A stretch of 64,000 nt of DNA. Origin: Alkalispirochaeta sp. (GTDB lineage: Bacteria > Spirochaetota > Spirochaetia > DSM-27196 > Alkalispirochaetaceae). Below are positions 40,894 to 50,310 of the stretch, in pieces. Positions within the stretch are counted from its first letter, which is position 1, and every line of letters starts with the position of its first letter. The notes below the pieces were generated by a model. The model had not been told where the DNA came from. It made no database searches and was given only the letters and a program-made list of their open reading frames with translations. The stretch covers positions 2,240,001-2,304,000 of the forward strand of contig OZ271854.1 in the NCBI GenBank assembly GCA_965601925.1, written 5' to 3'. The position numbers were made by a program, and so were the translations under genes.

Positions 40894-41139
40894 CTGTTGT
40901 CACGCGTTTCGAGCGGCGACGAGTTCTCCGACCGTTGGGTTGAGTGCGCCGTCGCCGGCGCTCGACCGACTCCTATCGGTACTCCAATTTTTCTCCACTA
41001 TCTGATCAAGAGGATGACTGCGGCGGGCCGAACAAGATAGCGCGTACGCCTGTGCAAGCCTCCGTAACGATGCCTATCCGGCCGCACCGTATTGCATTGC
41101 ATTGCTCTTGTATCCGACAATCGGCTACCGGAGGTGCAT

Positions 41140-41814
41140 ATGTCCGAGCATTCCCAAACATGGGCGGCCGTCGATACGTACTTCGAGAGTTTTTTGCCGC
41201 CGCCGGACCCGCGCCTCAAGACGATCGTCGACCGGTCCCGTGCAGCGGGGCTCCCGGACATACAGGTGACACCGATGCAGGGCGCCTTTTTGGAACTCAT
41301 TGCGCGGATCCACGGCGCGCGACGAATTCTGGAGGTCGGCACGCTCGGTGGGTACAGTACGGCGTGGCTCGCTCGGACGCTTCCGGCCGACGGACGACTC
41401 GTAACGCTGGAGCTGGAAGAGGAGCACGCCGCCGTCGCACGGGAGAATCTCTCGCGGTTTGAGTTCTCAGACCGCATCGAAGTCCGTGTCGGGGATGCCG
41501 AGGACTCCTTTCGCGCCCTCGCCGCCAACGAGGGAGGGCCGTTCGATCTTATCTTTCTCGATTCCGATAAAAGACGTCTTGCCGCGCACTTCGCCTGGGC
41601 GATGAAGCTATCGCGCCCGGGCACCGTCATCATCGCCGACAATGTGGTGCGGGAGGGAAAGGTAGCCGACGCCGATCCCGACGATGAGCGTGTCGTCGGG
41701 GTGCGAGAGTTCTTCGCCGCGATATCGGGTGATCCGAGACTTCGTGTCAGCGCGCTTCAGACCGTAGGAGCCAAAGGATATGACGGGTTCGCCCTTATTC
41801 GCGTCGTCGAGTAG
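41140..41814 (+). CDS. O-methyltransferase (Methyltransf_3 type)
   Basis: ILEVGTLGGYS, FDLIFLDSDK and ADNV; GGAGG RBS. Confidence 0.92.
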   Translation: MSEHSQTWAAVDTYFESFLPPPDPRLKTIVDRSRAAGLPDIQVTPMQGAFLELIARIHGARRILEVGTLGGYSTAWLARTLPADGRLVTLELEEEHAAVARENLSRFEFSDRIEVRVGDAEDSFRALAANEGGPFDLIFLDSDKRRLAAHFAWAMKLSRPGTVIIADNVVREGKVADADPDDERVVGVREFFAAISGDPRLRVSALQTVGAKGYDGFALIRVVE

Positions 41815-41852
41815 CACGGTTGCGATATCCGTCGGAGCGGTTAGGCCCGGTG

Positions 41853-42860
41853 TTATGACGAACGTTCCGAAACCGGTTTCGGCGGCGTCACCTCGACTCC
41901 GACGACCGGATGCGGCTCGTACGGCTCGGCAATGTGTCGTATTTCCTCCGGGGTCAGGGTTACATCCACGGCGGCGCACGCTTCCTCTAAGTGGTGTAGC
42001 TTGGTTGCTCCGACGATCGGAGACGTGACCCCCTCTTGATGGAGGAGCCACGCGAGGCCGATCTGGGCTTGCGACACACCGTTGCGACCGGCGATCTCCT
42101 GGACCCGTTCGACGACGAGGCGGTCGGTCGGGTGACCGTAGAAGCCAGCGGCCAGAGTGTCGGTCCGCGCGCGCGTGCTGTCGCCGCCCTGGGGCGGCCG
42201 TGCGACGGTGCCGCGGGCCAACGGGCTCCACGGGATGACGCCCACTCCCTCGGCGCGACAAAGAGGAAGCATCTCGCGCTCCTCCTCGCGATAGATCGCA
42301 TTGTAGTGATTCTGCATGGAGATAAAGCGCGTCGTACCGAGCTCGCGGGCGAGGCTCTGGAGGCGGGCAAACTGCCACGCGTACATGCTGGATGCACCGA
42401 TATAGCGCGCCCGTCCCGAGCGCACGATGTCTTCCAATGCGCGCAACATCTCTTCGTCGGGAGTCTCGGGATCGTAACGATGGATCTGATAGAGATCGAT
42501 GTAGTCGGTACCGAGGCGCCGAAGGCTATCGTCGACCGCGCTCAGTATGTGCTTGCGCGAGAGTCCTTTTCGGTAAGGGCCGTCTCCCATAGGGAAGTAA
42601 ACCTTCGTCGCAATCACGACCTCATCGCGGACGGCAAAATCGCGCAATGCACGGCCGGTAACCTCTTCGCTCGCGCCCAATGAATACATATCGGCGGTAT
42701 CGAAAAAGGTGATGCCCAGCTCAACCGCGCGCTTAAAGAAGGGGCGGGCGTCCTTCTCGGACAGCACCCATTCGCGCCATTGCGGCGTGCCGTAGGTCAT
42801 CGTTCCCAGGCAGATCCGACTTACCACAAGGCCACTCGATCCGAGGCGTACGTATTGCAT
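41853..42860 (-). CDS. Aldo/keto reductase
   Basis: CLGTMTYG, FDTADMY, IDLYQIHR and PWSPLARG. Confidence 0.95.
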   Translation of the reverse strand: MQYVRLGSSGLVVSRICLGTMTYGTPQWREWVLSEKDARPFFKRAVELGITFFDTADMYSLGASEEVTGRALRDFAVRDEVVIATKVYFPMGDGPYRKGLSRKHILSAVDDSLRRLGTDYIDLYQIHRYDPETPDEEMLRALEDIVRSGRARYIGASSMYAWQFARLQSLARELGTTRFISMQNHYNAIYREEEREMLPLCRAEGVGVIPWSPLARGTVARPPQGGDSTRARTDTLAAGFYGHPTDRLVVERVQEIAGRNGVSQAQIGLAWLLHQEGVTSPIVGATKLHHLEEACAAVDVTLTPEEIRHIAEPYEPHPVVGVEVTPPKPVSERSS

Positions 42861-42937
42861 AATGAGCATTATAGCGTCCACGTCCGCCGTGTGTCAGGAC
42901 GATGGGCCGGCCTATACGCGTACGTGCGCCCCGCGAA

Positions 42938-44359
42938 TCACGCCAGAGCCGGGCCGTCTTGGGGACCGCGGCGACTGACCATGATGACGGTCATGTCGTC
43001 GGACTGGCCGTGTTGATAGCGATCGATCTCTTCCTGGAGTTTGCGCAAGCCCGCCTCGGCGCCCCAGGGAGCAAAGCGGGCAAACGCTTGCGTGAGACGT
43101 TCCTGACCGTAGAGCTCGCCGGTGGGAGACTCCGCCTCGGTCACACCGTCGGAAAAGAGAAGCACGCAATCGCCCCCGGCGATCGGTATATCGATACCGT
43201 CTACGAAACCGTCGAGGTCGTCGGCGATACCCAACCAGCTGCCCTTTGTCGCGATCGTTTCGACGCGTCGGGCGACGCGTCGATAGACCAAGACGTCCTG
43301 GTGGTGTCCGGCCACGGTAATGTGATCGTCGCCGAGTTGCATAACGATCATCGTCATGTAGTGGTTGGAGCCGAGGCGCCCCACATTCTCCCGCAACACC
43401 GAGTTGACCGTCTTGAGTACATCGCCCGGTGCACACTCGTCGTGGCCGCGGACGACCGTCGAAACGGCCGTTTGCGCCATCATCATTATCAGGCCCGAAT
43501 CGAGGCCGTGGCCGGCGACATCGCCGATGGTGATGTATCGATCGCCGCCGGTCGTTTCGATGATATCGTAATAGTCACCGCCGACCTCTCGCGCCGGTGA
43601 GAATGCGACCGCGACGTCATAGCCGGTAATCGCCAATCGACGCGGCAATAGGGTCGTTTGGACGCGCTTTGCAAGTTCCATCTCGCTCCACAACGCGTCT
43701 CGCGCTTGCTTCAACTGGACGAGTAACGAAAACTCGGTCTGAATAAGACGAAATCGGACGTGGTTGATCGCCACCGATATCACCGAGGTGCCGACGAGAA
43801 AAAAGAGATTGTTGGCCGCCGCGACTCCGCTGCTGCTGTCGGTCAGAAGAAGGTTGAACCCCACATACATGAGCAGGATGATGATGCAGTTGGCCGCAGT
43901 ATGCGTAGCCCGCCACGGCATGAGGAGGTTCACCCCGATGATGACCATGATGAGTCCCGGATAGTAGCTCGACTCGAATCCGCCCAAATGCACGATCATC
44001 GCCGCAATGATGCCGCCTACCTGGAGCGAGACGAAGTATCCGTGCAGAAATGAGAGTCGGGACGGCTTTGTGTTTCGCACAACGAGGTGCTGCGCGAGAG
44101 CCAACAACGTCGATACGGCGCGATATATCGCGAACAGCACCAATACATCCCGAGGGATGATGAAGATATCGAGAACGAAAAAGAGCGGTACCAGGACGAA
44201 TGTCAGGGCCGTTATCGCACGCAGCCACGAGTGAATGATGCCGTGCTGATACGCCGAGAAGTCGTTTCGATCGATCGCGTCGGTCGTCAAGCCGTTGGGA
44301 TCTTTGTGTCGGAACATACCGAGCGAGTGGTCTATCGGTTCTCTCGTCGCATCAGCCAT
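42938..44359 (-). CDS. Six-TM sensor fused to PP2C/SpoIIE phosphatase
   Basis: Six hydrophobic segments; EVGGDYYD, GDVAGHG, FSDGVTEA and DDMT catalytic motifs. Confidence 0.92.
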   Translation of the reverse strand: MADATREPIDHSLGMFRHKDPNGLTTDAIDRNDFSAYQHGIIHSWLRAITALTFVLVPLFFVLDIFIIPRDVLVLFAIYRAVSTLLALAQHLVVRNTKPSRLSFLHGYFVSLQVGGIIAAMIVHLGGFESSYYPGLIMVIIGVNLLMPWRATHTAANCIIILLMYVGFNLLLTDSSSGVAAANNLFFLVGTSVISVAINHVRFRLIQTEFSLLVQLKQARDALWSEMELAKRVQTTLLPRRLAITGYDVAVAFSPAREVGGDYYDIIETTGGDRYITIGDVAGHGLDSGLIMMMAQTAVSTVVRGHDECAPGDVLKTVNSVLRENVGRLGSNHYMTMIVMQLGDDHITVAGHHQDVLVYRRVARRVETIATKGSWLGIADDLDGFVDGIDIPIAGGDCVLLFSDGVTEAESPTGELYGQERLTQAFARFAPWGAEAGLRKLQEEIDRYQHGQSDDMTVIMVSRRGPQDGPALA

Positions 44360-45767
44360 CTTCGACAGCCGGCTTTCTTACTTGCAAAAAGAGCTGGATC
44401 CCCGTTGCGTCGCTTCGTACGGTCGTCTCCGCTCCGTCGATGTCGGCTGCGAGCTCCAGCATCTCCTCCTCGGTCCGGTAGATAAGCATCCAGTCCATCC
44501 AGTAGGCCATATAGATCATTGTCGGATGTTCCGCCAAAAAGTTTCCGATAATCATCGTGCCGCCGGGCAAAAGAAGGCTGTAGAGCTTTTTTATTACCGC
44601 CGAGGCAACCGGCTTGGTTAGATAATCGAACAATCCCATCGAATAGATAAAATCGAACCGACCCCAGCGCACCTGAAGCTCGCGGGTTACCAACATCGTA
44701 CGCACCGACTCCCGAATGAAATCGGCCGGCAGCGTCGCGCCGAGGCGCTCGGATATCCGCTCGATAACGCCCGCCGCCTCCGACAGCGCATCGCGATCCT
44801 GGTCCAATAGTGAGTAGTGGAGCGCCGCGCAGTCCTCTTTGGTGCGAAGGATTTCGTTGAGTTCCATCGCCGGACCGCACGCTACCGATAGGACCTTTAC
44901 CGGCCGCTCATCGATCGGTACGCGCGCGCTCCGCTCCCGCACGAAGGCGCGCAGTATCTCGGCCAGGTCGACTCGACGGTTGCGCACCGCCTGTGCCGCC
45001 AGCTGTCGTACTGCGTGTTTGTGGACGATCTTTCCGAAGGTCGTTTCTCCTTCGTAGTCGTTGTCGTAGATCATCCTCATCATCTCCGAGTCGCCGATGT
45101 ACCCTCTCGGCTTGAGATTCGTGCGCGCCATAATGTTGGAGCAGAGAATGATGTTCCACATTTGCTTGCGGAAGTAGAATCCGTGGTGGCCGTGTTGCTC
45201 CTCGCTGAAGCCGGCCGTGATTTCTCGAAGGCGCTCGTAGCTCCCGTCCAGGTAGTCCAAAAGGCGTCCACCCAGAGCCTGCACTATGCCTTTCTGGAGC
45301 GTGTCGCGGACCTCACGCGGTTCGTCCTGGATCCGGTCGTCTATCTCGTCGAACATCGCCCGATAGGCGTTGAGATCGTAGGTGAGCGCGGAGACGAACT
45401 CCACGAACTGCGGTTCGATGCGGCGCTTGTAGCTGAGAATGAGCGGAAGGTTGACCGCCGCGGACTCCAGGACTTCCGGTTTTGCTTTGAACAGGAGTTT
45501 TTCGAAGTTGTACATCGACTCCAACGGTACGACGCGGAACTCGCTCGCCTCCTCCTCGTTTTGCGCGCTGAGGACGCAGGGGCCGGTCTCTACCAGTTTG
45601 CCGTCGATCTGGAGCGAAAGCTTGCTATAGGTTGTTTGGCCCGAGTCGGCGCCGCCGTCCTCAAATCGTAGCCAGAGCGAATAGCGTGATGCGTGGCGGA
45701 CGCGTACCGGTATGGTATGGTCGCCGGCGGTAAGACTGCCTTCGAAATAGAGATCCGCGGCGCTCAT
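44352..45767 (-). CDS. Class I SAM methyltransferase, PhcB-like (fatty-acid methyl ester signal synthase family)
   Basis: KPRGYIGDSEMM, AQAVRNRR, VLSVACGPA, FDFIYSMGLFDYL, IGNF and DW.LIYR; PhcB resemblance is from recall. Confidence 0.75.
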   Translation of the reverse strand: MSAADLYFEGSLTAGDHTIPVRVRHASRYSLWLRFEDGGADSGQTTYSKLSLQIDGKLVETGPCVLSAQNEEEASEFRVVPLESMYNFEKLLFKAKPEVLESAAVNLPLILSYKRRIEPQFVEFVSALTYDLNAYRAMFDEIDDRIQDEPREVRDTLQKGIVQALGGRLLDYLDGSYERLREITAGFSEEQHGHHGFYFRKQMWNIILCSNIMARTNLKPRGYIGDSEMMRMIYDNDYEGETTFGKIVHKHAVRQLAAQAVRNRRVDLAEILRAFVRERSARVPIDERPVKVLSVACGPAMELNEILRTKEDCAALHYSLLDQDRDALSEAAGVIERISERLGATLPADFIRESVRTMLVTRELQVRWGRFDFIYSMGLFDYLTKPVASAVIKKLYSLLLPGGTMIIGNFLAEHPTMIYMAYWMDWMLIYRTEEEMLELAADIDGAETTVRSDATGIQLFLQVRKPAVEDG

Positions 45768-45770
45768 TGC

Positions 45771-46145
45771 CTACTCTTTTCCGACTACCGATACCCGGCC
45801 GTCACCGGTAGCGAAAATGGTGAGGGCTACGAACGAGACCGACTGCCACTTTTGCGCGGCGTCGTACAATACCGTGATCCGCGATTGGCCGAGGCGCGCC
45901 TTCTCCAATGTTTTTACCAACGGCGTATACGTCGACGAGTTCATGTACGTGAGACCGCTGAAATCGAGTACGAGCCGTTTGCCCTCCTCATCGGCCTCGT
46001 CCAGCACCTGAATGAGAATCGGCTGCAGAAACTCAGCCGGGTCGCGTAAAATACTCTTCCCTTCGAATACCAATACCAAGTCGTCTGTTATCTCTTCACG
46101 TCTGATCGTCAATGGACCGTCTTGTACACCTTCGAACTGACTCAT
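45771..46145 (-). CDS. SiaC-like (STAS-related) phosphoacceptor protein
   Basis: GKS..RDPAEFLQPIL and LDFSGLTYMNSST; GGAGGAG RBS. Confidence 0.72.
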   Translation of the reverse strand: MSQFEGVQDGPLTIRREEITDDLVLVFEGKSILRDPAEFLQPILIQVLDEADEEGKRLVLDFSGLTYMNSSTYTPLVKTLEKARLGQSRITVLYDAAQKWQSVSFVALTIFATGDGRVSVVGKE

Positions 46146-46161
46146 GAAACTCCTCCCCGAG

Positions 46162-46656
46162 TTACCGCGAAAACTTCGCTACAGCTGATACACGTATCGT
46201 GTTGTCTTCGTCGACGATGAAGTCGATAGCGGCTCTGGCTTCATATGCGATGCGAACGATCCCCAAACCGCTCATCCCTTGACTGGTCGGCTCCCGCGAT
46301 ATCTCTTTGACGCGCTCGACATACGCTTGAAACGGATCTTGAAATCCCCGAATCCACTGAAGCGTCCGGTCCAACTGACGCAGGTGAAAGCGCGTCTCGT
46401 CGCCGATACGGTTTTTAACCTCCACGGTTATCGAAAAACCGACGATCGACAGCATAAGCTCAACCTCGGCACGACTCATGTTCCTGTAGTCGCCGTATTT
46501 GATTCCATTTTCAACGAGCTCACACGCCACCATGGTGTAGGTGTCTACCTCATGATCGGGCATGTATATCGACTCGAGAAACTCGTGAATTTCCTCGTTT
46601 ACCCGCACCATCTCGTTCCAATCGGGTTTTACGCTGATGTGAAACTCTTCACTCAT
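46162..46656 (-). CDS. SiaB-like GHKL protein kinase
   Basis: ELVENGIKYG N-box, VKN, AY.ER and SGLGIVRIAYE G2-box. Confidence 0.75.
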   Translation of the reverse strand: MSEEFHISVKPDWNEMVRVNEEIHEFLESIYMPDHEVDTYTMVACELVENGIKYGDYRNMSRAEVELMLSIVGFSITVEVKNRIGDETRFHLRQLDRTLQWIRGFQDPFQAYVERVKEISREPTSQGMSGLGIVRIAYEARAAIDFIVDEDNTIRVSAVAKFSR

Positions 46657-46690
46657 CGTGCACTCCAATTTCGGCAATCGTACACCATCG

Positions 46691-48742
46691 TTACAACAAT
46701 TCCCCTCGCAATGGTCGTCTCGCAATCGTATCACAACCGCTCTTCAGTATTCTCCCGACATGCTCTTTTTCCATGGGAGGACTGCAAAGATAGCCCTGTA
46801 TCTCCTGACACCCTTTGTCCGCGAGAAAGTTCAACTGCTCGATGGTCTCGACGCCCTCCGCGATGACGCCGCAGCCCAAGCTCTTTGCCAGCGAGATGAT
46901 GGCGGTCACGATCTGCGTGGCGCTCGGGTCCTCCGGGAGATCACGGACAAAGGTTCGATCGATCTTTAGACGGTGAACGGGAAACAACTTAATGTACATG
47001 AGGGACGCGTAACGCGTGCCGAAGTCGTCCACGGCAAGGAACACTCCCATGTCCGCCAGGTCGTTCAGCGTGGGAAGCACTTCGCTGGCGTCGTCGATAA
47101 ACACCGTTTCGGTCAGCTCGATCTCAAGGCACTCGGCGGGAAAACCGGTCTCGTTCAAGATTCGCGCTACCGTATCGGAGAAATCGCGATGACGGAGCTG
47201 GCGTACCGAGGCGTTTACGCCCACTCTGATCGGCGTTCCGTGCTCGTCGGCCCACCGTCGTCCCTGTCGGCACGCCTCGAAGAGTACTCGTTCGCCGAGC
47301 TCGTGAATGAGACCGAAATTTTCGGCGACCGGTATGAACTGACTCGGAGGGACCGCGCCGAACGTCGGGTCGCTCCATCGCGCGAGCGCCTCCACGCCGA
47401 CGACCGCTCCGGAGGTCGTGTCCACCTGCGGTTGGTATTGAACGTATAGCGAACCGTCGGAGATGGCGCGGCGCAGACCGTTTTGGATGCGTAGATTTTG
47501 CGCCGTATCGGCGCGAACCGCGTCGGAGAAAAAGTGAAAATCGTTCTTACCCTGCCGTTTTATGCGGTACATGGCACTATCGGCCTTACGGAGTAGCGGC
47601 TCGACTTCCGTTTGATTGGCCGGGTAGAGAACGATACCGATGCTGGCCGTCGCATGCACCTCTTGTCCCTCTATCTCGATCGGCTTGGATACTGCGTCCA
47701 GGACCTTTCGAGCTACGATCGCCGCGGTGTCGGTCGTTGCTACGTCGCGGGCCAAAATGACGAACTCGTCTCCGCCGTAACGCGCCACCGCGTCGCTCGT
47801 ACGTACCGTCTCGGCCATTTGCCGCGAGACGTGTTGGAGTATCCTGTCGCCGGCGCGGTGACCGAACGCGTCGTTGAGCGCCTTAAATTCATCCAAGTCG
47901 ACCACCATGATCGCGAATCCCTCACCCGTTCTCCTGGCGTTGGTGATTGCGTTGTGTACGTAGTCTTCGAAGAGATAGCGGTTGGGGAGCCCCGTCAGCC
48001 CGTCGTAATGCGCCATGCGACGCAGCTGTTCTTCCGCCTCTTTGCGAAAGCTGATATCGGTAACGAAGGTAAGATAGTGCGTGACCGCCCGGCTCTCGAA
48101 CCGCACCGCCGTTATAAGAATACGAACCGCGATCTGAGCCCCGCCCTTAGTGCGATCCCACACTTCGCCCTGCCAGCTCCCACCGTCGGCCAATGCCTCG
48201 GTAATCTCGGCAAATAACGCCGTATCGCGCTTTGCCGCGATGAGAAAGCTGGGCCACTCTCCGAGAGCGTCGACCTCGGTGTATCCGGTCAGACGCGTGT
48301 AGGCGGGGTTGATATCTATCGTACGAAACTCTTCGTCGGTGACGACGATCGCCTCGTGGGCTTGGGCGTAAATGTGCGCCTTTATGAGGCGATCTTTCTC
48401 TACCTGGCGGCGAGAGGTGATATCGGCGCCGAATACGTACGCAGCCGTCCTCGCTCCGTCGGGGACGAAAAGGAGGCGTACCGATACCGGTCCGGCGGCG
48501 AGGATGCGCTCCTCGGTGCGCGCCGTCTCGCAGGCGGTACGTACGGTGATCGCCCACGGCTCCGGGATGCGGGAACCCACGGTGGCCTGCCACTGTTGGA
48601 GAACCAGCCAGCTCCCCGGATTGGCGTAGACGATCTCTCCGACGCACGATATGACGAGTACCGGGGCCGGGTTCGTCTCCGAGGCTTTCGCGAACGCGTC
48701 AAGTGTAGCTACGTCATAGTGTGTCGAATCTTTATCTGTCAC
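46691..48742 (-). CDS. PAS-GGDEF-EAL c-di-GMP enzyme
   Basis: PAS domains; RTSD I-site plus GGDEF; EAL, DDFGT and QGY motifs. Confidence 0.94.
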   Translation of the reverse strand: MTDKDSTHYDVATLDAFAKASETNPAPVLVISCVGEIVYANPGSWLVLQQWQATVGSRIPEPWAITVRTACETARTEERILAAGPVSVRLLFVPDGARTAAYVFGADITSRRQVEKDRLIKAHIYAQAHEAIVVTDEEFRTIDINPAYTRLTGYTEVDALGEWPSFLIAAKRDTALFAEITEALADGGSWQGEVWDRTKGGAQIAVRILITAVRFESRAVTHYLTFVTDISFRKEAEEQLRRMAHYDGLTGLPNRYLFEDYVHNAITNARRTGEGFAIMVVDLDEFKALNDAFGHRAGDRILQHVSRQMAETVRTSDAVARYGGDEFVILARDVATTDTAAIVARKVLDAVSKPIEIEGQEVHATASIGIVLYPANQTEVEPLLRKADSAMYRIKRQGKNDFHFFSDAVRADTAQNLRIQNGLRRAISDGSLYVQYQPQVDTTSGAVVGVEALARWSDPTFGAVPPSQFIPVAENFGLIHELGERVLFEACRQGRRWADEHGTPIRVGVNASVRQLRHRDFSDTVARILNETGFPAECLEIELTETVFIDDASEVLPTLNDLADMGVFLAVDDFGTRYASLMYIKLFPVHRLKIDRTFVRDLPEDPSATQIVTAIISLAKSLGCGVIAEGVETIEQLNFLADKGCQEIQGYLCSPPMEKEHVGRILKSGCDTIARRPLRGELL

Positions 48743-48866
48743 AACGTCCCGAGACTCTTATGATGTGGCACCATCATAGTCTCTACTCGTTGCGCCTGAC
48801 AATATTCGCGTACCGATTGTTGTCGGAGTGCCGACGGCCCTCCGACAGATGCATGCGGGGTGAGGG

Positions 48867-49328
48867 TTATCTCGTTGCGGTAGGCCACTCGGCGTCGGCG
48901 CGTTCGATGAACCCCTCCAAATCTCCCAGAAAGCGTCGATTGATGCGCTGTGAGAAGTTGAGAAACAGTCTCCCGTCGTGAATGACCCACGCCTCGGGGT
49001 CGATGCGGGCAAAGCTGCCGCTTGCCATAGCATATGCGCACCATCCGCCGTATTCCGGGAGATACTCATCGGGTGACGCAACGAACAGATCGCGATGTTC
49101 GGTGGTCGAGAACTGATATGTCGCTCCGTGGTGCTCCGCGGTGATTGCAGGATCGCCCTCGACCGCCTCCCCGACGGTGAAATACGCCACCGGATCGTAG
49201 CCGTGGATAGCTACGCCGCGCCGGTTTACATTTGTCTCCCGCGAGGTTTGCGCCATCGTATGGAAGGCGAATATCAGCGCAAAGACGACGACAAATCCGA
49301 GAAATACTAAACGGCCTGCATTGTTCAT
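48867..49328 (-). CDS. Secreted YHS-domain protein
   Basis: AIHGYDPVAYF and PEYGGWCAYAM; AAGGAGG RBS. Confidence 0.88.
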   Translation of the reverse strand: MNNAGRLVFLGFVVVFALIFAFHTMAQTSRETNVNRRGVAIHGYDPVAYFTVGEAVEGDPAITAEHHGATYQFSTTEHRDLFVASPDEYLPEYGGWCAYAMASGSFARIDPEAWVIHDGRLFLNFSQRINRRFLGDLEGFIERADAEWPTATR

Positions 49329-49431
49329 AGTGTCCTCCTTGGGCAGCACGCGTTGCGTCGTGTCTGCCGAATCGGTTCCCCGATACTCGGGGTGGTCAAC
49401 ATCAATGTACTGCGATATAGTTGCATCTACA

Positions 49432-50310
49432 ATGAGGACCGGAGCTTTTTTGCCCGCGACGGTGAGTTCGGATGGGCGCGACGAGATCAGATTTGCGGAC
49501 GTGATCTCGGAGCAGGCTCCCCGCGTCGCTCGACGCCTCGGACGGTTCGGCTTGTGGCTCGTCGGCGTCGCGATCGGCCAACGCCCGTTCGGAAGAGCCC
49601 TCAAGCACGTACGAGGGGCGACCCCGCAGGCGTTCCTCAACGCCGCCGTCGCGAGGCTCGACTTACGCATCGACGTCCGCGGCGCCGACCTACTACCCGA
49701 CTCTCCCGAGATTATCGTCGTTGCGAACCATCCCACCGGCGGTGCCGAAGGTATTGCGCTGCTCCAACTGCTCCTGAACCGCTACGGTTCGGTGATCGTG
49801 CCGGCGAATCGCGTCCTCTGTCGTTTGTCGGCGTTGAGCCCGATCATTGCGCCGGTGAACGTATTCGGTACGGAACCTTCCAAGACGCGCGTACCGGAGG
49901 CGCTCGTCCCGCCCGGAACGCCGTTACTGCTCTTTCCCGCCGGGCGTACCGCTCGCGAGCGCGGCGGCGTCATGCACGAGTTTCCTTGGAAACGCGGGTT
50001 CATTCGAGTCGCCCGCCGTTCCGGGCGATTGATCGTTCCGGTATGCGTCGTGGCCCGTTCGTCGCGACTCTTTCGTACGATCGCCGCGGTTCGGCGGCTC
50101 TTGCATTGCCCGATCAATATCGAGATGTTCTTACTGGTCCGCGAAGTGCTCCTGCGACGCAGGCGCATAACGCTCGTAATCGAACGCCCGATAACGAGCG
50201 ACGATTTCGACCACGAGCTCACCGACGCGGCGCGCGCGGAACACATACAAAAGATGGTAGAGGTGACATATGGGAAATACCGAAAACGCGACCCGGCATC
50301 CGCCGGTTGA
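49432..50310 (+). CDS. PlsC-like acyltransferase (OlsA/OlsF N-domain type)
   Basis: VANHPTGGAEG, LFPAG and WKRGF; start uncertain. Confidence 0.82.
   Translation: MRTGAFLPATVSSDGRDEIRFADVISEQAPRVARRLGRFGLWLVGVAIGQRPFGRALKHVRGATPQAFLNAAVARLDLRIDVRGADLLPDSPEIIVVANHPTGGAEGIALLQLLLNRYGSVIVPANRVLCRLSALSPIIAPVNVFGTEPSKTRVPEALVPPGTPLLLFPAGRTARERGGVMHEFPWKRGFIRVARRSGRLIVPVCVVARSSRLFRTIAAVRRLLHCPINIEMFLLVREVLLRRRRITLVIERPITSDDFDHELTDAARAEHIQKMVEVTYGKYRKRDPASAG

Noticed and set aside
48867..49328. Selenoprotein form of the YHS protein
   Set aside because: The active position is a Cys codon; there is no in-frame TGA.
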